Source of the DNA: Trueperaceae bacterium
Lineage (GTDB): Bacteria; Deinococcota; Deinococci; Deinococcales; Trueperaceae
Direction: 5' to 3'
DNA: 32,585 bases
NCBI GenBank assembly: GCA_007130855.1
Contig: SLRS01000103.1
Coordinates: forward strand, 1-32,585
Below are positions 1 to 8,072 of this stretch, one piece after another; within the stretch, counting starts at the first letter, position 1, and every line of letters begins with the position of its first letter. The translations under genes were made by a program, and so were the position numbers. The notes below the pieces were generated by a model. It was not told where the DNA came from. It saw only the letters and a program-made list of their open reading frames with translations, and did no database searches.

Positions 1-338
1 CGTCCGGGCTGCCGGCCCGCGGGTAGAACGACGCGAACAGTGCGACAGCCTCCCCGACGCGCAGCGCATCGGGCAGCGCCGCCTCCTGGAGCTGCACTCC
101 GATGCGCTCACGCACGGCGTAGCGATCGGACTGTGGATCGAGCCCGAGAACCCGCACCCGCCCTGCGTCGGGTCGGCGCAGGCCCGTGATGCACTCGAGG
201 ACCGTGGTCTTGCCGGCCCCGTTCGGGCCTACGATTCCGAACACCTCGCCGCGGGTCACCTCGAAGCTGACGTCGGCGGCGGCGACCATGGGTCCGTACG
301 CCTTGCGCAGGGCTTCGACCGTCACGACCGGTTCCATG
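1..338 (-). CDS. ABC transporter ATP-binding protein (partial; 3' end beyond window edge)
   Basis: Minus-strand translation from ATG (plus 336-338) reads MEPVVTVEALRKAYGPMVAAADVSFEVTRGEVFGIVGPNGAGKTTVLECITGL..., with Walker A GPNGAGKTT. GGAGG RBS lies 5 nt upstream (plus 341-349). The opposing + ORF 186..1832 carries the 'VVLPAPFGPT' antisense signature of an ABC ATPase. Confidence 0.85.
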
Positions 339-407
339 CTGCCTCCTCGGACGAGGCGACCGCGCTTGCGTGCTTCGCGAACCATTCGGGCGCGCCGGGG
401 GCGCCGC

Positions 408-1844
408 TCAGCGCACCGGGAACCACGCCCGCAGCCACCGCGTGATCGTCTCGAGCACGATCGGGTCGATCGTGATCTCGATCGCGCCGTACTCGTCGAG
501 GCCACCCGTGACTGCAGGCTGCAACAGGTGGTTGAGGCCGGCGAAGGTCACCACGCTCGCGCTCGGGTTGCCTGCGAGCGCCTCGCGCATCGGAGCCTCG
601 CTCTGGTCGGCCGGGACCTGCAAGTCGAGGTCGCCGTAGATGGCGAGGGTCGGGATGGTGAGGCGACGCAGGTAGGGCTGCGGGTCGAAGGTGACGAACG
701 AGCGGAATGCCGGGCTCGCGACGCCCTCCTGCTGGAGCGCGATGAAGTCCTCGAGCAGCGCGCCTTCCAGGCGCTGCTCGGCCTCCATGGCGGCCATCTC
801 GTCCTCGATGCGTTGCCGCACGAGCGCGCGTGCGCCGGGGACGTCGTCGGCGAGGAAGCGCTCGTAGAGGGCCTCGAGGAAGGCGAGCTGGCAGTCGATG
901 ACCGCTGCGATCGCCTCATCGCTGATCGTCGGGTCCGCTGCGCGCATGCTGGCCTCGAGTATGCGCTCGTTCTGCGCGGCCAAGACGCTGAAGCCGTCGA
1001 GCGCGGGACCGGCGAGGAGGATCGCGAAGGCGACACCGCCGTCGGACTCGAGCGCCGCGACCGGAGCGAGGTAGCCGCCTTGGCTGTGCCCCAGCAGGCC
1101 GACCCGCTCGGCGTCCACGCGCGAGTGCGATCGCAGCAGCTCGACGCCCGCGAGCACGTCGCCGATCATGTCCTCGAAGGTGGCGTCGGCGTCGGAGCCG
1201 CTGCTCCCACCCACGCCGCGGTCGTCGACGCGCAGCACGGCGTAGCCGGCACGGGTGAGATGGTCGGCGATGACCAGGAAGGGCTTGTGACCCAGGATCT
1301 CCTCGTTGCGGTCTTGGGCGCCGCTGCCGGCGATGAGGAGGAGCCCTGCGGCGGGGGACGACGCCCTCGGGAGCGTGAGCGTGCCCGCCAGGACCACGTC
1401 GCCGCTGGCGAACGTCACCTCCTCTTCGTCGTACGGGAACGGCGGCAGCGGCTCCTGCGGACGCAACGACGCGCCGGTATCGTGCTCGCGCGCGAGGATG
1501 AACGGCAGCGGCTGGCCACCCTGAACGAAGGTGCCGTCGATGACGTCGTCGGCGACGACGCCCTCGAAGGTCGGGTCGCCGGGGACACCGGGCATGGCGA
1601 AGCGGATGGTGTCGCCGTCGAGCGTGACGTCGGCCAGCGGGAAGCCGAGCAGCCCTTGGGCGGGGATGTCGAGCGAGGCCGTGAGGCCGGTCCCGGACTC
1701 ATGGGCCGCGAACGACACACGGATCTCGAGGTCGATGATCCCCGGGCCGATGGCGCCACGCCAGGCGCCGTGGATGCCTGCGTCGGCGAAGGCGATCGCG
1801 AGTGCGAGAGCGAGCGTGAGCATGAGGGATAGGCGTCGGGTCAT
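408..1844 (-). CDS. Secreted alpha/beta-fold hydrolase (S9/dienelactone-hydrolase-like serine hydrolase)
   Basis: 478-aa ORF with N-terminal signal peptide (MTRRLSLMLTLALALAIAFA) and nucleophile-elbow motif GHSQGG. GAGGAG RBS upstream. ATG overlaps the upstream gene stop as ATGA (1841-1844), indicating translational coupling. Confidence 0.85.
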   Translation of the reverse strand: MTRRLSLMLTLALALAIAFADAGIHGAWRGAIGPGIIDLEIRVSFAAHESGTGLTASLDIPAQGLLGFPLADVTLDGDTIRFAMPGVPGDPTFEGVVADDVIDGTFVQGGQPLPFILAREHDTGASLRPQEPLPPFPYDEEEVTFASGDVVLAGTLTLPRASSPAAGLLLIAGSGAQDRNEEILGHKPFLVIADHLTRAGYAVLRVDDRGVGGSSGSDADATFEDMIGDVLAGVELLRSHSRVDAERVGLLGHSQGGYLAPVAALESDGGVAFAILLAGPALDGFSVLAAQNERILEASMRAADPTISDEAIAAVIDCQLAFLEALYERFLADDVPGARALVRQRIEDEMAAMEAEQRLEGALLEDFIALQQEGVASPAFRSFVTFDPQPYLRRLTIPTLAIYGDLDLQVPADQSEAPMREALAGNPSASVVTFAGLNHLLQPAVTGGLDEYGAIEITIDPIVLETITRWLRAWFPVR

Positions 1845-2125
1845 GGCGTCTCCTCGTGGGGGTCGGGCGGTGTGGGGGGCGCAGCGGCCCGGTCGGTCGC
1901 TGGGTCGGCCTCGGGCGTTCGGGGCGGGCGACCTCGGCGGGGGAGCGCGCTCGCATCAGCGGCGACGCCGGAGGGGAGCCTTCCCGCCTGCGCCAGGGCA
2001 CGCCGCAGCAGGAACTCGATCTGGGCGTTGGCGCTGCGCAGCTCGTCCGCCGCCCAGCGCGACACGGCATCGTGGACCGCGGGGTCGAGCCGCAGCAGGA
2101 CCGGCTTGCGCGCCTTCGCCGCCAC
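1841..2125 (-). CDS. Small ribbon-helix-helix (Arc/MetJ-like) DNA-binding protein with Pro/Ala-rich C-terminal tail
   Basis: C-terminal 94 codons of ORF 1841..2629 read MAAKARKPVLLRLDPAVHDAVSRWAADELRSANAQIEFLLRRALAQAGR..., a classic Arc-like RHH beta-strand plus two helices. Candidate GTG start at 2125 with GAGG about 10 nt upstream (TTG at 2134 also possible). The rest of the long ORF upstream is Arg-rich out-of-frame junk overlapping the SPFH gene. Confidence 0.55.
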   Translation of the reverse strand: MAAKARKPVLLRLDPAVHDAVSRWAADELRSANAQIEFLLRRALAQAGRLPSGVAADASALPRRGRPPRTPEADPATDRAAAPPTPPDPHEETP

Positions 2126-2136
2126 CCCCAGCAACC

Positions 2137-3054
2137 TCAGGTGTAGAGGGTGCCGGTGTTGACGACCGGCTGCGTGGCCTGCGTCCCGCACAGCACCACG
2201 AGCAGGTTGCTGACCATGGCCGCACGCCGCTCGTCGTCGAGCTCGACGACGCCGCGCTCCTCGAGCCGCTCCAGCGCCATCTCGACCATACCGACCGCGC
2301 CCTCGACGATCTGCTGACGGGCAGCGACGACGGCGCTCGCCTGCTGCCGCTGCAGCATCGCCTGCGCGATCTCCTTGGCGTAGGCCAGGTGCGTGATGCG
2401 CGACTCGACGATCTTCACGCCGGCCGATGCGACCCGCGCGGCTACCTCCTGCGACAGCTTCTCGGTGATCTCCTCGGCGCTGTCGCGCAACGAGATCTGG
2501 CCCTCCACCCGCGCGTCGTAGGGGTAGGAGGTCGCGATCTGGCGCACGGCGGTCTCCCCTTGGACCGTCACGAACTGCTTGAAGTCGTCCACCTCGAACA
2601 CCGCGCGGGCGGTGTCGTCGACCTGCCACACCACGACCGCGGCGATCTCGATCGGGTTGCCGTCGGCGTCATTCACCTTCGACACCGTCGTCTCGTGGTT
2701 ACGGATCCGGGTGGAGACCTTGCGGCGGGTGCTGAACGAGTTCACGAAACGCAGCCCGGGCTCGCGCACGGTGCCGGCGTAGGCTCCCAGGAACTGGATC
2801 ACGCGCGCTTCGCGCGGGGCAACCACCGTGAGCCCGGCGTAGAGGAGGCTGACCCCCAGGAACAGGACGACGGCGGCGACGATCGGCCAGCGCGGCGCGA
2901 TGGTCGTCTGCAGGTGGATGAGATAGCCGGCGAGCAGCGTGCCCGCGATGGCGACGCCCAGGACCGGAAGCCCGGGCAACGCCCAGGCCGGCCGCTCCCG
3001 GACCTCCGGGACGGGCATGTCGAGCGCGAAGGGCGAAACGTCGACGGTGGTCAT
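2137..3054 (-). CDS. SPFH/band-7 (stomatin/prohibitin/HflC-like) membrane protein
   Basis: 305 aa with an N-terminal TM segment, then a typical SPFH core ([31 protein letters not shown]...[11 protein letters not shown]...) and a coiled-coil C-terminus. AGGAGG RBS upstream of the ATG at 3054. Confidence 0.85.
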   Translation of the reverse strand: MTTVDVSPFALDMPVPEVRERPAWALPGLPVLGVAIAGTLLAGYLIHLQTTIAPRWPIVAAVVLFLGVSLLYAGLTVVAPREARVIQFLGAYAGTVREPGLRFVNSFSTRRKVSTRIRNHETTVSKVNDADGNPIEIAAVVVWQVDDTARAVFEVDDFKQFVTVQGETAVRQIATSYPYDARVEGQISLRDSAEEITEKLSQEVAARVASAGVKIVESRITHLAYAKEIAQAMLQRQQASAVVAARQQIVEGAVGMVEMALERLEERGVVELDDERRAAMVSNLLVVLCGTQATQPVVNTGTLYT

Positions 3055-3059
3055 GGCTC

Positions 3060-3125
3060 CTCCTGCGCGGGCCCGCTTCGCGCTGCAATCAATACGATAT
3101 CACATTGCGGGCGAGGGCCGCGGTG
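3060..3125 (-). promoter_or_regulatory. AT-richer promoter/operator region upstream of SPFH operon (gcaat-N17-attgc inverted repeat around a gatatc core)
   Basis: The only AT-rich patch in kilobases (caatcaatacgatatcacattgc) sits immediately 5' of the minus-strand SPFH start. It contains a short inverted repeat that could be an operator, possibly for the co-transcribed RHH protein. Confidence 0.3.
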
Positions 3126-3280
3126 AGCGCCTCGCCGCCCGATCGGCGCGACGCGCGATCGGCTGGCTGCGGGCCCCGACTGGCTGCGCGATGCGAGCCA
3201 CGTGGACGCGCGCCAAGTGGGTCGAGTCGCGCCGCAGGCGACTCCCCACCGTCGGCGCCTGGGCGGGCGTGCGGCACGAT

Positions 3281-3988
3281 TCAAGGCAGCGAAGCGAGCA
3301 GGACCTGCGCGGCAGCGCCAGCGTCGATCATGATGTGGACGATCACGAGGTAGGGCAGGAGGCGCGGCCGGCGATCGAGGACGACAGCGAGAACGAGTGC
3401 GAACGGCAAGAACATCACCGCCCGCCAGACGACGAATCGCCAGTCGAACATCAGCGGTAGGGTGACGTGCTGCAGGGAGAGCGCGGCGGCGGTGACGAGG
3501 ATGGCTGGCAAGTGCCGGCCGAGGTGCCGTCGCAGACGTGGGAGCACGTAGCCGAAGTACACCGGCAACTCGCTGAGTCCGATCGCGACGGGGAACGCGA
3601 TCAGAAGCGTCCACGCTGCCCCCGAGGGGAGTGGTCGTACGAGCATGTTCAAGGCGATCGCGGGATCACCCCATAGGAGCGCAGCCAGGCCGATGTTCGG
3701 AACGAGTGCGAGCACCGCGATCGCGGCGATGAGGAGCAGCGTGGTTCGCAGGTCGCTGCGGAGGTTCGCGCGATCGAAGCGCAGCAGATCGCGGTAGCGA
3801 CTGCCTTCGAGATGCAGGCTCCTCCGCAGCAGGGCGAGACTACATAGGCCCGTGATGGCTGCGGTGAGCGGCCACCAGGCGATGCTCCGCTCCCAGGCGT
3901 CGCCTGCGCCAACGAGCCAGAGTCCGAACGCGATCGCTCCCTGCACCACGGCGAACAGCACCAGCCGATGCACGAGCATCCACCACAT
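3281..3988 (-). CDS. CPBP-family (CAAX protease / Abi-like) intramembrane metalloprotease-like membrane protein
   Basis: C-terminal ~235 aa of ORF 3281..4657 is polytopic membrane protein sequence with CPBP-like motifs (SELPVYFGYVLPR; F...LQH; HIMID near the C-terminus). The N-terminal 223 codons of the ORF are low-complexity Arg/Pro-rich and were rejected. Start taken at MWWM (3988) or MLVH (3979); no clear RBS. Confidence 0.5.
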   Translation of the reverse strand: MWWMLVHRLVLFAVVQGAIAFGLWLVGAGDAWERSIAWWPLTAAITGLCSLALLRRSLHLEGSRYRDLLRFDRANLRSDLRTTLLLIAAIAVLALVPNIGLAALLWGDPAIALNMLVRPLPSGAAWTLLIAFPVAIGLSELPVYFGYVLPRLRRHLGRHLPAILVTAAALSLQHVTLPLMFDWRFVVWRAVMFLPFALVLAVVLDRRPRLLPYLVIVHIMIDAGAAAQVLLASLP

Positions 3989-4408
3989 CCAGGCGCGGCG
4001 CGGCGCCACCGAAGCAGCGGCAGCCGACGCGTCGGTGGCCGTGGCCGGGCGGAGAGACTCGGATCCTGACGTAATGCGGACATCATCGCCGACGCACATG
4101 GCCGGCACCCACGGTCCGATCCGTGTGCGGGACACAGGAGGAGTGCATAGCTGCCTCGGCGTACGAGAGACGCCGGCCTGCGCGACGAGCTCGAGCGTCG
4201 CGGCGCCCTCGGCTACCTCGAGGTCTGGGCCTCGCACGTAGCCCCCCTTCGACGCGTTCGCCGGCCACGAGTTCGAGCACCTGGCATAGGTCGAGTCGGC
4301 GAACCGCGCGTCGCGACAGAGGATCGACACGGAGGAGCGCTTTGGCGCGAGAGGCCCCACCAGCACGCGCCATGATCCGCTCACGGCCGACGCTCGAGGC
4401 GGTGGACC

Positions 4409-4685
4409 ATGCGGATCGCGCTCGTACCGATCGGGTCCCAGGGCGACGCCCTGCCGGTGCTCGCCTTGGCGCAGCGGCTGCAACGGGCGGGGCACGGAGT
4501 CCGCCTGATCTCGGGCAACGATGAAGCCGCGCCGGCGGCGGAGGCCGAGTTGCCATTCCGGTCCATCGGCCCCCGACGCCGAGATGCGGCTTCGGGCGCG
4601 CGGCCTCGCGGCTCTGATCGAGGCCGAGGACCGCGCCGGCACAGCCGTCCGGATCATCGAAGAGGTGGTCTCAGCGCGCCGCTGA
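4409..4685 (+). pseudogene. Collapsed GT1-family (MGT/UGT-like) glycosyltransferase remnant: N-terminal ~55 aa joined to C-terminal ~35 aa in a different frame
   Basis: Frame 1 gives MRIALVPIGSQGDALPVLALAQRLQRAGHGVRLISGNDEAAPAAEAELPFRSIGP, a typical GT1 N-terminus. From about 4572 the +1 frame reads DAEMRLRARGLAALIEAEDRAGTAVRIIEEVVSARR*, a typical GT1 C-terminus, ending at the TGA at 4683-4685. The ~300-aa catalytic core between them is missing. Confidence 0.55.
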
Positions 4686-4794
4686 CCGTAGCGCGCAACC
4701 CGTGCGCCCGGTGCGCAACTCGAAGCAGCGGAGGATCTCCCAGCGCGCGATCAGCGCCGCCGCTCGCCAGCGCGTCACGGCCTAGCCACCGGCG

Positions 4795-4817
4795 CTCGAG
4801 GAGGGCCGCTCCTCGAG
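4795..4817. terminator. GC-rich hairpin (9-bp perfect stem ctcgaggag / ctcctcgag, 5-nt loop) between convergent genes
   Basis: Seen directly in sequence. It lies downstream of both the GT remnant (+) and the 4895..5629 CDS (-). There is no U-tract, as is common in high-GC genomes. Confidence 0.35.
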
Positions 4818-4894
4818 TGCTCGGGCCGAGCGAGCTTCACGTCCGACCGCGATGCGGCGAGGGCGCGACGTGCGCCGCTTCCGCGCGCTGGATC

Positions 4895-5629
4895 TCACGG
4901 CGGCTCCGCCCGAACCACCAAGGCACCGCTCCCGACGGCCTCGCTCCCCTCGTCGGCGCCGTAACCGACGGTACCTTCCTCGTCGCCCCGGATGCTGGTG
5001 GCCTGCAGCTGGGCATCGAACCCGATCCACAGCTGGACGCGGGCATCAGCCATCGAGCCGAAGGCGTCGCTGCCGGTCACGTGGAAACCGTCTTCGGTCA
5101 CCGGCGGGAACCCGGGCGCCGTCGCCGCCATCTCGCTGAACAGCGGCATCCAGGTCCCCGCGTGCCAGGGCTGACCACACCGGAGCAGCTTGAGCTCGGC
5201 GGCCGCGGCCGAGTAGACCGGGCGATTGCCGGCCACGAGACCGGTCGCCCGCCACTCGACCCCCAGCTCGAACTCGACGCCCCCGGGATTCTCGACGTCG
5301 AGCAACAGGCGCCGGTCGAAGTCGAGCTCGTCGTCGAGCCGAAGGAAGCTGAACTGGGTGAACGCCGTCCCGATCGTGTCGTGGCTGGCGCGCAGCACGG
5401 GCTCTGCCGTCGCCTCGAGTTCGTAGGCGAAGCCGACGCCGCGGTGCGGCGCAGCCTCGAAGCTGGTGAGTTCCAACGACACGAGGGCAGCGATCGAGCC
5501 GGTCTCGCCGGTGAGATCCGGCAGTCGCGCCGTGTGGCCGAACACCAACCAGTTGAGGAACTCGGTGGTTCGGAAGTCACACGCTGCGTCGCTGACGACG
5601 AAGGGATGCTCGGCCTCGGCCATGCGCAT
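4895..5629 (-). CDS. Hypothetical protein (acidic, Phe/Trp-containing; no family recognised)
   Basis: 244 aa starting MRMAEAEHPFVVSDAACDFRTTEFLNWLVFGH..., with a strong AGGAGGAGGG RBS directly upstream (plus 5630-5640). Codon-position pattern is coding-like (GC2 about 50%, GC3 about 85-90%). The in-frame upstream extension to 5710 is Arg-rich junk. Confidence 0.7.
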   Translation of the reverse strand: MRMAEAEHPFVVSDAACDFRTTEFLNWLVFGHTARLPDLTGETGSIAALVSLELTSFEAAPHRGVGFAYELEATAEPVLRASHDTIGTAFTQFSFLRLDDELDFDRRLLLDVENPGGVEFELGVEWRATGLVAGNRPVYSAAAAELKLLRCGQPWHAGTWMPLFSEMAATAPGFPPVTEDGFHVTGSDAFGSMADARVQLWIGFDAQLQATSIRGDEEGTVGYGADEGSEAVGSGALVVRAEPP

Positions 5630-5829
5630 ACCCTCCTCCTCGGCGACCGCGCACTCTGCGCCGCGGCAGGTGTTCGCACGCAGACGCCCTCGACGATGCG
5701 CATGGCGCAATGGACCCGACGTCGGCAGGTTGGGCGTCTCGGCGACGGACGAAAACTGTAGCGGCTCCCTCGCGGTATGTCAACGCGCCTCGGCCACCCC
5801 GAGCGGGCGATCGCCTCGTGCTCATCGGC

Positions 5830-6207
5830 CAGCGCCCGCTCGAGCTCGGCGAGCGGCGCAGGGCGCCACGGCGTGCGGTGCGGTGGCCACGAGAAGCCGA
5901 CCCAGCTCGGCATGCTCGGCCGCTGATACACGTCGTCGACGTCGGTGGCATAGGGGCGCTCGAGCCGCCGCCGCGCGCCCGGCAGGAGCGTGGGCCACGG
6001 CGAGACGACGGGCCAAGCCACGTTCAGCAGCCGACGGAGGCAGGCGTTGAGCGCTCGGGTGTGGTCGAGGTGCTCGCCGGGAGACCACTTCTTCGGAGCC
6101 GGACGCTGCCACAGACGATCCTCTGCGACACGCTGAGGACGATCGAGCGGGGGGTGTCTTCCGCCCGACGTCGACGCGCTGGGCACAGGACACCTGCCGA
6201 CTCCCAT
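5830..6207 (-). pseudogene. Possible gene remnant (Trp-rich hypothetical) lacking an in-frame stop
   Basis: The minus frame from ATG 6207 (AAGGA RBS upstream) reads ...KKWSPGEHLDHTRALNACLRRLLNVAWPVVSPWPTLLPGARRRLERPYATDVDDVYQ... with a coding-like GC1/GC2/GC3 pattern. Composition degrades to Ser/Arg/Pro junk by about 5800 and no stop occurs until 5098, deep inside the next gene. This suggests a decayed or frameshifted gene; the 3' boundary is approximate. Confidence 0.3.
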
Positions 6208-6226
6208 GTTCGCGGACGTCCTTGCG

Positions 6227-7183
6227 TCACACCACGAACGGCGGATCGGAGCCAGCGAGCAGCCGCTCACGCAGGAACGCGGCTTGTTCCGCCGCGAAGG
6301 CCCGTGCGAGCGGGGTTTCGACCGCCAGGACGTCGAACCCGTGTGGGGCTCCGGCGACCTCCAGCAGCTTCACCGGGACTCCGGAGCGCTCGAGCCGCTG
6401 CGCGTACGAGCGGCACTCGTCCAGGAACAGGTCCAGATCGCCCACGCCGATCCAGGCCGGCGCCAAGCGCCCCAGGTCGGGGCAGCGAGCCGCGGCGGCG
6501 TAGGCGGGAAGCTTCGGCCTCGCTGGCTCGCCCAGATACGCAGCCCAGCCCGCGCGGTTGCTGCGGTTGTGCCACACGAGGTAGCCGGCGTCGTCGAGCT
6601 CGCGGCGAGCCGCCGTGCGATCGTCGAGCATCGGGTACACGAGGAGTTGGGCCGAGGGTTGCGCGCCGTCCTCGTCCCGTAGGCGTTGCGCTAGACAGGC
6701 AGCCAGCCCGCCCCCGGCGCTGGCGCCGCCCACCGCGACACGCGTCGGGTCCACGGTCAGGGCCGTGGCCGCTCCTTGCAGCCACCTCCAGGCCCGATGC
6801 GCGTCGTCGAGCGCCGCCGGGAACGGATGTCCCGGCGCCAGGCGGTAACGCACCGACACCACGACCAGGCCGAGCTCACGCACCCAGGACCCGCAGCGCC
6901 AGTCGTCCGCACGCGGCGTACCCATCATCAGACCGCCCCCATGGAGCCACAGCAGCGCGGCACCCGAGGCGCGCCCGTGAGGCCGGTAGATCCGAACGGC
7001 CACGCGCCCATCCACGTGCTCGCTGACTTCGACCGCCGCTCCGGCGGGCGGCCTAGACAGGCGCATCGCCAGCCGCCAGGCCGGCAGCGCCCAGCGCCAG
7101 TGGAACGGCATGGGGACGACGCGCGCGCCACGCAGGTCGTGATGGAGGCGCGCGCGCTGCGCTCGGCGAGCAGCCTCAGCCAT
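6227..7183 (-). CDS. Alpha/beta hydrolase fold-3 esterase/lipase (HGGG oxyanion motif, GASAGG nucleophile elbow)
   Basis: ORF 6227..7249. Motifs LLWLHGGGLMMG, VAVGGASAGGGLAA and a C-terminal APHGFD are typical of the bacterial HSL-like esterase family. Start chosen at ATG 7183 (MAEAARR...); an alternative start is upstream at 7249. Confidence 0.8.
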   Translation of the reverse strand: MAEAARRAQRARLHHDLRGARVVPMPFHWRWALPAWRLAMRLSRPPAGAAVEVSEHVDGRVAVRIYRPHGRASGAALLWLHGGGLMMGTPRADDWRCGSWVRELGLVVVSVRYRLAPGHPFPAALDDAHRAWRWLQGAATALTVDPTRVAVGGASAGGGLAACLAQRLRDEDGAQPSAQLLVYPMLDDRTAARRELDDAGYLVWHNRSNRAGWAAYLGEPARPKLPAYAAAARCPDLGRLAPAWIGVGDLDLFLDECRSYAQRLERSGVPVKLLEVAGAPHGFDVLAVETPLARAFAAEQAAFLRERLLAGSDPPFVV

Positions 7184-7369
7184 CGGCCTGGGGCCGCAGC
7201 AGAAGGGACCGCCGCGCGCGGGAGACGCGCTGACACCACCAGGCGTCAAGCAGCCGCGCGCCTCCCACCGCGACCGTCACGACCTCGAACACCTGGTGCT
7301 CCATGGAGCGCGCTTCCGATCCGCGATCGGCCGATCGCCGCGGGGCTGGTGGTTCATGGGGCCCAGCAT

Positions 7370-7703
7370 GGCAGACGCGCGTCGTGCTCGTGGACGTCGA
7401 CGCTGCGCTGCAGCAGGCCGCCGCCGAGTTGCTCGCGCCCTGCGCCGAGGGGTTCGAGCGCCGCGTCGCGTGGCGTGGGAAGATCGAAGCGAGCTTCGAG
7501 CGGTTCGAGGCGTCGATCGAGTCCATGCTTCGGCACCACGCCGAGCTCGATCCGATGCCTTGGCCGGGTCGCGCCGGGAGCGCATCGGTTGGCGCGGCAT
7601 CGAGATCTTGGTCCCACCGCTCGACCTCCAGCTCGCCGTGACGCGGCGTCGCAGGTTCGCCGCGCGAGCACGCCTGATCGAAGAGGCCATCAGCGCTGCC
7701 TGA
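7370..7703 (+). pseudogene. Frameshifted remnant of an unidentified gene
   Basis: Frame a (7372-7560) gives the coding-like ...TRVVLVDVDAALQQAAAELLAPCAEGFERRVAWRGKIEASFERFEASIESMLRHHAELDPM (GC2 about 35%, GC3 about 95%). This continues sensibly only after a 1-nt frame shift: ...RERIGWRGIEILVPPLDLQLAVTRRRRFAARARLIEEAISAA*. No intact start; upstream in-frame sequence is Arg/Gly junk. Confidence 0.3.
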
Positions 7704-7955
7704 TGCCCCGCGCCTGGGGCTCGGCCCTCGCGACCTGGCCCGTCGTCACCATGGTCTGACCGCCACCGTGCGTCACGATCGGCGTCTTCTCCTGAGTCGT
7801 TGCGCGCCGCCGTGCGGGTCCATGGCACACGGCACGATGAACTGCTCGCGCAGATGGGAGGGAGGCATCCCAGCCGGTTCGACGCATGCCGACGCCCGCG
7901 GGTGAAGCCGCGCGGGCGGCGACGGCAATGCGGCCGCTGGGCACGAGCCGTCCCA

Positions 7956-7984
7956 TTGACTCGCATGCCCAATAGCGCTACGCT
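7956..7984 (+). promoter_or_regulatory. Putative sigma70-type promoter (TTGACT-17-TACGCT) for the cytochrome/C_GCAxxG gene
   Basis: Hexamers with 17-nt spacing about 90 nt upstream of ATG 8073. The region is relatively AT-rich. A cacac..gtgtg hairpin and a gaaaggg direct repeat overlap the RBS (8050-8072). Confidence 0.35.
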
Positions 7985-8072
7985 ACCGCCACATGTTCCT
8001 TCTTTCACAAGCGCGTCCACGTTGACGGCTCGCTGGCTACCTCCGAGTTCACACGGAAAGGGTGTGAAAGGG

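Noticed and set aside
186-1832. 548-aa + strand ORF starting MMHSRTVVLPAPFGPT… and many similar long ORFs (15054..17486 -, 27709..29706 -, 20513..22555 -, 9127..10803 +, 5710..7026 +, 22694..24385 +, 12194..13657 +)
   Set aside because: They are Arg/Pro/Gly/Ala-rich, low-complexity, with high GC at codon position 2. They lie antisense or out of frame to well-supported genes. 'VLPAPFGP' is the recognisable antisense of an ABC-ATPase Walker-B region. These are typical stop-codon-poor artefacts of ~70% GC DNA.
2126-2629. N-terminal 168 codons of the 262-aa minus-strand ORF 1841..2629
   Set aside because: This part overlaps the SPFH gene out of frame and is Arg-rich junk. Only the last 94 codons encode a plausible RHH protein with its own GTG start and RBS.
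3989-4657. N-terminal 223 codons of ORF 3281..4657
   Set aside because: Low-complexity Arg/Ser/Pro-rich sequence without RBS. The membrane-protein signature begins only at the MWWMLVHRL internal start.
5630-5830. Reading the 4895..5629 gene and the 6207-downward ORF as one frameshifted gene
   Set aside because: The ~200-bp stretch between them is non-coding-like in all three minus frames (stops at 5711 and 5822 in the downstream gene's frame; high GC2 in the upstream gene's frame). The downstream gene has its own strong RBS and ATG. Two separate units are more likely, with the upstream one decayed.
7800-8072. Upstream extension of the cytochrome/C_GCAxxG ORF (ORF-track start at 7800)
   Set aside because: The extension reads MRAAVRVHGTRHDELLAQMGGRHPSRFDACRRPRVKPRGRRRQ…, not protein-like. 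The ATG at 8073 has an RBS and begins directly with a Tat/Sec-type leader.
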